Below, piece by piece: positions 7,063 through 13,865 of a stretch of 13,865 nucleotides of DNA. The stretch lies in the NCBI GenBank assembly GCA_036149055.1, contig JAYZQJ010000043.1, forward strand, positions 1 to 13,865, written 5' to 3'. A program made the position numbers and the translations under genes. Below the pieces are notes generated by a model. The model worked only from the letters and a program-made list of their open reading frames with translations, searched no databases and was not told the DNA's origin. The stretch is from Myxococcota bacterium (GTDB lineage Bacteria > Myxococcota_A > Polyangia > Polyangiales > Sandaracinaceae). Numbering within the stretch: position 1 is the stretch's first letter; the number at the start of each line of letters is the position of its first letter.

Positions 7063-8630
7063 GGTCTCTCTGGATCGCGCTGCTCGTCTCGTTCGCGCCG
7101 GCGACCGCGGCCGCCCTCCCCTCCGGCGCCGACGGCCGCGCGCTGCGGGACGCCGCCGACGCGCTCGCGGAGCTGCGCCTCGAGGAGGCCGAGCGCACGA
7201 TCACGCGCCTGTCGCGCGCCCACCCCGCCGACCCCGACGTGCGCTTCGAGCGCGGCATGCTGCGCTTCTACCGGGGCGACTACGCCGGCGCGGCCCAGGA
7301 TCTCGAGGCGGCCGAGGGGGCGCGGCTGCGCAGCCCCGAGGATCGCGCGTCGCTGACCGCCCTCGTCGCCGCCACCCGCGACGCCACCCGCGACTTCGTC
7401 ACCGCGCGCTCCCCCGACGGGCGCTACGTGGTGAAGCACGCGCCCGGGCCCGACGCGGTGCTCGTCCCCTACGCGATCGAGGCGATGCGAGCCGCGGACG
7501 AGGCGCTGAGCGAGGACCTCGGGGTGCGGGTCCCCGGCCCGCTGCGCCTCGAGATCTACCCGAGCGCGGCCAGCCTCGCCGACGTCTCCACCCTGTCGGT
7601 GCGGGACATCGAGACGACCGGGACCATCGCCCTGTGCAAGTGGGACCGGCTGATGGTGACCTCCCCGCGCGCGCTCGTGCGCGGGTACCCGTGGATGGAC
7701 ACCGTCGGGCACGAGCTGGTGCACCTCTTCCTCTCGCGTGCGTCCCGCGACCGCGCGCCGGTCTGGATGCAGGAGGGGATCGCGAAGTTCCTGGAGCGGC
7801 GCTGGCGCGGCGAGGCCCCGGCGGCGCACCTCGATCCGGCGGCGGCGGCCCTGCTCGACGCGGCGGTCGAGGGCGGCTCGCTCCTGCCCTTCGACCGGCT
7901 GCATCCCTCGATCGCGCGCCTCCCCTCGCAGGAGCAGGCCGCGCTCGCCTTCGCGCAGGTGGCCACCTTCGTCGAGCGCTTCCACGGCGAGCGCGGGGCC
8001 GAGGGGCTGCGTGACGCGATCCGGCGGGTCGCGGAGGGGGCGGACGCGCGCGAGGCGATGGCGGCGGTGGCCGGCGTCTCGTTCGCGCAGCTCGAGCGGC
8101 AGTGGCAGGCGTCCTTGCGCGAGCGGCCCGAGCCCGAGGGCGACGCGCCGCGGCTGATGGCGCTCCGGCTGCGGCAGGGCCCGGGCGAGCCCGACGACGC
8201 GCAGGACGTCGAGCAGGAGCAGGCGCGCCGCCACCTGCGGCTCGGCGATCTGCTCTGGGATCGGCGTCGCCCGCGCGGGGCCTCGGTCGAGTACGGCCGC
8301 GCCCACGCGCTCGCGCCGGACGATCCGATCGTCGCCTCCCGCTTCGCGCGCGCCGCGCTGACCGGCGGAGAGCCCGCGGAGGCGGTCCGCGCGCTGGCCC
8401 GCTTCCGGGAGCGCTACCCGGACCACGCGCCGACCTGGGCCGTCTCCGGCGCCGCCTGGCTCGCCCTCGGCGATCGCGCCTCCGCCCGCGACGCGCTCCG
8501 CGAGGCCATCCGGATCAACCCCTTCGATCCTCAGCCCCACTGCGACCTCGTGCACGCGACCGACGACGACGGCGAGCGCGAGCAGGAGCGGCGGGCCTGC
8601 CAGCAGCTCGGCGGGAGCCCGGCTCGATAG
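7059..8630 (+). CDS. Secreted TPR-containing gluzincin metallopeptidase, Peptidase_MA-like (~523 aa)
   Basis: The ATG at 7059 overlaps the upstream TGA (ATGA). It has a signal-peptide-like MRSLWIALLVSFAPATAAA, the Zn motif HELVH followed by PVWMQEGIA (third ligand E), and TPR-like helices at both ends (e.g. ARDALREAIRINPFDPQPH). Confidence 0.85.
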   Translation: MRSLWIALLVSFAPATAAALPSGADGRALRDAADALAELRLEEAERTITRLSRAHPADPDVRFERGMLRFYRGDYAGAAQDLEAAEGARLRSPEDRASLTALVAATRDATRDFVTARSPDGRYVVKHAPGPDAVLVPYAIEAMRAADEALSEDLGVRVPGPLRLEIYPSAASLADVSTLSVRDIETTGTIALCKWDRLMVTSPRALVRGYPWMDTVGHELVHLFLSRASRDRAPVWMQEGIAKFLERRWRGEAPAAHLDPAAAALLDAAVEGGSLLPFDRLHPSIARLPSQEQAALAFAQVATFVERFHGERGAEGLRDAIRRVAEGADAREAMAAVAGVSFAQLERQWQASLRERPEPEGDAPRLMALRLRQGPGEPDDAQDVEQEQARRHLRLGDLLWDRRRPRGASVEYGRAHALAPDDPIVASRFARAALTGGEPAEAVRALARFRERYPDHAPTWAVSGAAWLALGDRASARDALREAIRINPFDPQPHCDLVHATDDDGEREQERRACQQLGGSPAR

Positions 8631-8669
8631 CGAAACGGTGAGCCGAGCGGTATACGTTCGCGACCCAGG

Positions 8670-9721
<1,052 letters not shown>

Positions 9722-9725
<4 letters not shown>

Positions 9726-10624
9726 GCGAGGGGCGCGCGCTCGACCCCGAGGTCGCCAAGCGCGTCGCGAACCTCTCGGTCACCGCGCGCCGGGCGGTCG
9801 ACGGGCTGCTGAGCGGCATCCACAAGAGCCCGCACCGCGGCGCGAGCGTCGTGTTCGTCGAGCACCGCGAGTACCGCCCCGGCGACGATCTGCGGCTCCT
9901 CGACTGGCGCGCCTACGCCCGCAGCGACCGTCACCAGATCAAGCGCTTCGAGCAGGAGACCCACCTGCGCGCGACCCTGGTGGTCGACCGCTCGGGCTCG
10001 ATGGCCTACGGCGGCGAGGGCCGGCGGACGAAGTCGGAGCACGCCGCGACGCTGCTCGCCGCCCTCGCGCTGATCCTCGTCCGGCAAGGCGACGCGGCCG
10101 GGCTGACCGTCTTCGACACCGCGGTCGAGCGGCGGCTGCCGCCCCGGACCAAGCCCGCGCACCTGGAAGAGATCTTGCGCGAGCTGTCGGCCCCGCCGGT
10201 CGAGGGCGCGGGCACCTCGCTCCGGGCCGCGCTCACCCAGGTCGCCGAGCGCGCCGGTCGCCGCGGCCTCATCGCGGTGGCCAGCGACCTGCTCGACTTC
10301 GACGAGCGCGCGCTCGAGCCGCTGTCCTGGCTGGTCGGCCACGGGCACGAGGTCATCGTCTTCCACGTCATGGATCCCGACGAGCTGGAGCTGCCCTTCG
10401 AGGACCCGGCCCGCTTCGAGGGCTTCGAGGGCGAGGGCGCGCTCGACGCCGATCCCGAGGCGCTCCGCGAGGCCTACCTCCGCGAGGTCGGCGCCTTCCT
10501 CGCGGGCTGCCGCGCCAAGTGCGTCTCGCTCGGCGCGCGCTACGTGCTCGCTCGCAGCGACGAGCCGGTGGAGACCACGCTGGCCAGCGTCCTGACCAGC
10601 GCGCGGCGGAAGGGCTTCGGCTGA
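9722..10624 (+). CDS. DUF58 domain (vWA-like) protein
   Basis: The GTG start overlaps the moxR stop (GTGA). It contains GIHKSPHRGASVVFVEHREYRPGDDLRLLDWRAYARSDR, the MIDAS-like DRSGSM, and ASDLLD. Confidence 0.93.
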
Positions 10625-12651
10625 TGGGCTTCGAGACCCCGCTCGCGCTGCTCGCGCTCGCCGCGGCCGCGCTCCCGGTGATCGCCCACCTGCTGCGGCG
10701 CCAGGATCTGCCGAAGCGCAGGCTGCCGACCGTGGCCCTGCTCCGGCGCGCCGAGGCGTCGAGCAAGCGCCGGGTGCGGCTGGTGGATCTGCTGCTCCTG
10801 ATCGCGCGCGTGCTCCTGATCGCGCTGGCGGCGCTCGCGGTGGCCGGCCCGTTCGTGCGCGAGCGGCTCGCCTACGGGGACGGATCGGTGGCCAGCGTCG
10901 CGGTCGTGATCGACGACTCCATGTCCATGGCCGAGCGCGGCGCGCCGAGCCTGCTCGCGCAGGCGGTGGAGCGGGCCGGCGCGATCGTGGACAGCCTGCC
11001 GCCCGGCTCCGAGGTCGCGATCGTGCTGGCCGGCGCGGCCCCGCGCACCCTGGTGGCGCGGACCGACGAGCTCGACCGGGCTCGCCGCGCCCTCGAGGCG
11101 GTGCCCGAGCGGAGCGCGCGCGGGAGCGACCTGGCGGCGGCGCTGGAGCGAGCGGAGCGGGAGCTCGCCGGCGCCCGGCACGCCGACCGCCGCGTGGTGG
11201 TCCTGAGCGACGTGGCCGCGCACGCGGGCGCCGACGACGCGAGCCCGCCCGGCCCCGGCGTGTCGCTCCGCTTCGAGCGCATCGGCGAAGACGCGGAGGC
11301 ACGCAACGCGGCGGTGGTGCTGGCGCGCGCGACCCCCGATCCGACGACGCCCGGCCAGGTCTCGATCGCGGTCGAGATCCGGGCGAGCGCCGACTTCGAC
11401 GGAGAGCGGCTCCCGCTCCGGCTCGAGCGGGCCGGCGAGCCCCTGGTCCAGACCGAGGTCGCGATCGAGCGCGGCGGCGCGCGCGCGACCCTGCACGCGC
11501 CGGTCTCCGCCGACGAGCCGGGCGCGCTGGTGGTGCTCGAGGTCGACGACGCGATCGAGGCCGACGACACCCGGCCGGTCCTCCTGCGCCCGCCGGCCGG
11601 GGTGCGGGTCCTGGTCGTGCACGGCGACGTGGGCGGCGGAGAGGAGACCCGCTTCTTCGACCGCGCCATCGATCTGGCGCCCGACGACGAGGGCGCGCTC
11701 AGCCGCCGCAGCGTCGACCCGGACACCTTCGCGGCGATGGATCTGGCCGACGCGGAGGTCGTCGTCCTGGTGGACGCTCCGGCTCCGTCGCCGCGGGTGG
11801 CCGCGCGCCTCCGCGAGCACGTCGAGGCCGGCGGCGGCCTCTGGATCGCGCCGGGCGCTCACTTCGACGCGCGGGCGTACGAGGCCCGGCTCGGCGACCT
11901 GATGCCGGCCCGCCCTCAGCCGCCGGTCTCGAGCGAGGTCGGCGGCCCCCTCCCCTCCGCCGGCGGCGACCTCTTCCCGGCGGGCGCGAGCGGCCTGGAG
12001 GGCACCGAGACCCGCCGCCGGATCGGCTTCGAGGGCCTCGATCCGAACGCCGACACCCTGCTGCGCTTCGAGGACGACAGCCCGGCGCTCGTGGTCGGCG
12101 CGCACGGCGACGGCCGGGTCGCGCTGACGGCGACCTCGCTCGGCGACGACTGGACCACCCTGCCCTACCGCCCCGGCTTCCTCCCGCTGGTGGCGCGCCT
12201 CGCCCGCCGGCTCGCCCCCCGCGCGAGCACGCCCGACGCGCCGATCGCCCCCGGCGCCTCGCTGGCCCTCCGCCCACCGGCCGGCGTGGTGCGCATGCGG
12301 GTGAGCGGGCCGGGCGGAGAGCTCGCCGACGTGCGCGGCGCCGACCTGGAGGACGCGTTGCAGCTCGAGGACACGGTGCGCGCCGGCGTCTACCGGGTGC
12401 AGGTCGCGACCGCCGACCGCCCGCTCCACGAGGAGCCGCGGTTGGCGTTCCTCGTCGCCCCGCCGCCCGAGGAGTCCGACCTGAGCCCGGGCGAGGTCCC
12501 CGACGGCGTCGAAGCGAGCGCGGCCGGCGACGCGAGCGCGGTGGTGGCCCGCCCGCTCGCCCCGTGGCTCTTCCTGCTCGTCGGCCTGCTCGCCGTCACC
12601 GAGGCCGCGCTCCGCCTCCGCGCCTCGCACCTCGCCCGCGCGTCGGCCTAG
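10624..12651 (+). CDS. BatA-domain / vWA membrane protein (~675 aa)
   Basis: The ATG at 10624 overlaps the upstream TGA (TGATG). It has a BatA-like N-terminus (FETPLALLALAAAALPVIAHLL...LLLLIARVLLIALAALAVAGP), MIDAS DDSMSM ... LSD, a glutamine-amidotransferase-like region (LREHVEAGGGLWIAPG, WTTLPYRPGFLPLV), and a C-terminal EESDL plus TM helix (PLAPWLFLLVGLLAVTEAAL). Confidence 0.88.
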   Translation: MGFETPLALLALAAAALPVIAHLLRRQDLPKRRLPTVALLRRAEASSKRRVRLVDLLLLIARVLLIALAALAVAGPFVRERLAYGDGSVASVAVVIDDSMSMAERGAPSLLAQAVERAGAIVDSLPPGSEVAIVLAGAAPRTLVARTDELDRARRALEAVPERSARGSDLAAALERAERELAGARHADRRVVVLSDVAAHAGADDASPPGPGVSLRFERIGEDAEARNAAVVLARATPDPTTPGQVSIAVEIRASADFDGERLPLRLERAGEPLVQTEVAIERGGARATLHAPVSADEPGALVVLEVDDAIEADDTRPVLLRPPAGVRVLVVHGDVGGGEETRFFDRAIDLAPDDEGALSRRSVDPDTFAAMDLADAEVVVLVDAPAPSPRVAARLREHVEAGGGLWIAPGAHFDARAYEARLGDLMPARPQPPVSSEVGGPLPSAGGDLFPAGASGLEGTETRRRIGFEGLDPNADTLLRFEDDSPALVVGAHGDGRVALTATSLGDDWTTLPYRPGFLPLVARLARRLAPRASTPDAPIAPGASLALRPPAGVVRMRVSGPGGELADVRGADLEDALQLEDTVRAGVYRVQVATADRPLHEEPRLAFLVAPPPEESDLSPGEVPDGVEASAAGDASAVVARPLAPWLFLLVGLLAVTEAALRLRASHLARASA

Positions 12652-12665
12652 CCGCGCGCTGCCAG

Positions 12666-13676
12666 CTAGCGACGGGCCTCGACCACCCGCTCGATGCCGC
12701 CCAGGTCCTCGTGGCGCGCGGTCTCCCGGCACCACGGCTGGGCCGCGAGGAGCTCCTCGACCCGCCGGGCCTGATCGGCGCCGACCTCGACGAGCAGCGT
12801 GCCGCCGGGGGCGAGGTGGCCGCCCGCCTCGCGCGCCAGGCGCTCGATGACCTCCAGCCCGCTGGGCCCCGGCACGAGGGCCATGCGCGGCTCGTGGTCC
12901 TTCACCTCCGGCTCGCACTCCGCCAGCTCGGCCTCGGTGACGTAAGGCGGGTTGCACACGATCAGGTGGTACACGCCGCCCTCCACGGGCGCGAACAGAT
13001 CACCCTCCAGCAGGCGCACCCGGTCGATCAGCTCGAGACGCTCGGCGTTGCCGCGGGCCACCGCGAGCGCCTCGGCCGACGCGTCGGTCAGGTCCACGTG
13101 CACGTGCGGCCGCTCGGCGGCGAGGGTCAGCCCGATGCAGCCGCTCCCGGTGCAGAGATCGAGGATGCGCGCCTCGGCCGGCTTCATCGCCGGATCCTCG
13201 GGCGGCTCGGCCACCTCGGGCGCCGGCTCCATCGCGGGGGGAGGCTCCGGGGCCGGGGCCGCCTCCTCCACGTCCTCCTCCGCCGGGGCCTCGGGGGCCG
13301 GCGGCTCGGGCGGGAGGAAGCGCTTCTTCGGCGGCTTGGGCAGCAGATCGAGCGCGCGCTGCACGAGGGTCTCGGTGTCGGGCCGAGGCACGAGCACGGC
13401 CGGGCTCACGTCGAAGCGCCGCCCCCAGAACTCGCGATGCCCGACGATGTAGGCGACCGGCTCTCTCCCGCGGCGTCGCTTCACGCGATCGCGGATCGCG
13501 GCGAGCTCATCGGAGGAGAGCGGGCGGTCGAGCTCGAGGTAGAGGCCGACCCGGTTCAGGCTGAGCGCGTCTCCGACCAGGATCTCGGCGTCCAGCCGCG
13601 GCGATCCCAGCCCTCGCTCGCGAAAGTCCTTGGCCGTCCAGTCCAGGACCTTGCGAATGCTCCAGTCGTCGCCCAT
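12666..13676 (-). CDS. prmC: Peptide chain release factor N(5)-glutamine methyltransferase PrmC/HemK, with a Pro/Glu-rich insertion
   Basis: SPRLDAEIL, RRRGREPVAYIVGHREFWG, VLVPRPDTETLV, SAM motif ILDLCTGSGCI, catalytic NPPY, EPRMAL and DLGGIERVV. Confidence 0.96.
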   Translation of the reverse strand: MGDDWSIRKVLDWTAKDFRERGLGSPRLDAEILVGDALSLNRVGLYLELDRPLSSDELAAIRDRVKRRRGREPVAYIVGHREFWGRRFDVSPAVLVPRPDTETLVQRALDLLPKPPKKRFLPPEPPAPEAPAEEDVEEAAPAPEPPPAMEPAPEVAEPPEDPAMKPAEARILDLCTGSGCIGLTLAAERPHVHVDLTDASAEALAVARGNAERLELIDRVRLLEGDLFAPVEGGVYHLIVCNPPYVTEAELAECEPEVKDHEPRMALVPGPSGLEVIERLAREAGGHLAPGGTLLVEVGADQARRVEELLAAQPWCRETARHEDLGGIERVVEARR

Positions 13677-13791
13677 CGGCCGCGTCGATAGCGCACCGGG
13701 GGGCGGGAGAAAAGCGCGCGAGCGGAAACGACGCGCGCCGCCGCTCGAGCCGCGAAGCCCAATCCCCCGGCTCCGGCCCCGTCCGGCGGGT

Positions 13792-13863
13792 CGGAGGAGG
13801 CAGCGGAGGCGGCAGCGGAGGCGGCAGCGGAGGCGGCAGCGGAGGCGGCAGCGGAGGCGGCAC
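13792..13863. repeat. 12-bp tandem repeat (CGGAGGCGGCAG) x6
   Basis: Units start at 13792 (variant CGGAGGAGGCAG), 13804, 13816, 13828, 13840 and 13852 (ends ...GGCAC). The array reaches the window end. Confidence 0.95.
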
Positions 13864-13865
13864 CG

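Noticed and set aside
3981..8630. Frameshift or fusion joining the DUF4175-like gene and the peptidase
   Set aside because: The upstream protein ends in its family-typical C-terminal motif, and the peptidase has its own ATG and signal peptide at a standard ATGA overlap.
8631..8669. Internal promoter before moxR (GGTATACGTT)
   Set aside because: There is only a TAnnnT match (8653-8658) with no convincing -35 or extended TG, which is too weak to call.

Overview
Very GC-rich bacterial DNA; a myxobacterium-like origin is my inference from gene content and repeat style. From left to right: (i) ~1.18 kb of non-coding DNA made of two abutting tandem-repeat families. Family A has a 182/188-bp period and two hairpins per unit, and runs off the left edge. 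Family B has five ~113-133-bp units, each with three CT(T/C)TGCG-type octamers. (ii) A minus-strand ~933-aa protein with a degenerate class I SAM-methyltransferase-like head and a ~690-aa coiled coil. (iii) A ~100-bp divergent promoter region. (iv) A plus-strand five-gene, largely translationally coupled cluster: DUF4175-like membrane/coiled-coil protein, secreted TPR/gluzincin (HExxH) peptidase, MoxR AAA+ ATPase, DUF58 vWA protein and BatA/vWA membrane protein. (v) A convergent prmC (hemK) with a ~50-aa Pro/Glu-rich insertion. (vi) A 12-bp microsatellite at the right edge. No CRISPR, tRNA, rRNA, transposase or reverse transcriptase is visible. The least explained elements are the composite structured repeat array and the pseudo-methyltransferase coiled-coil gene that reads into it.
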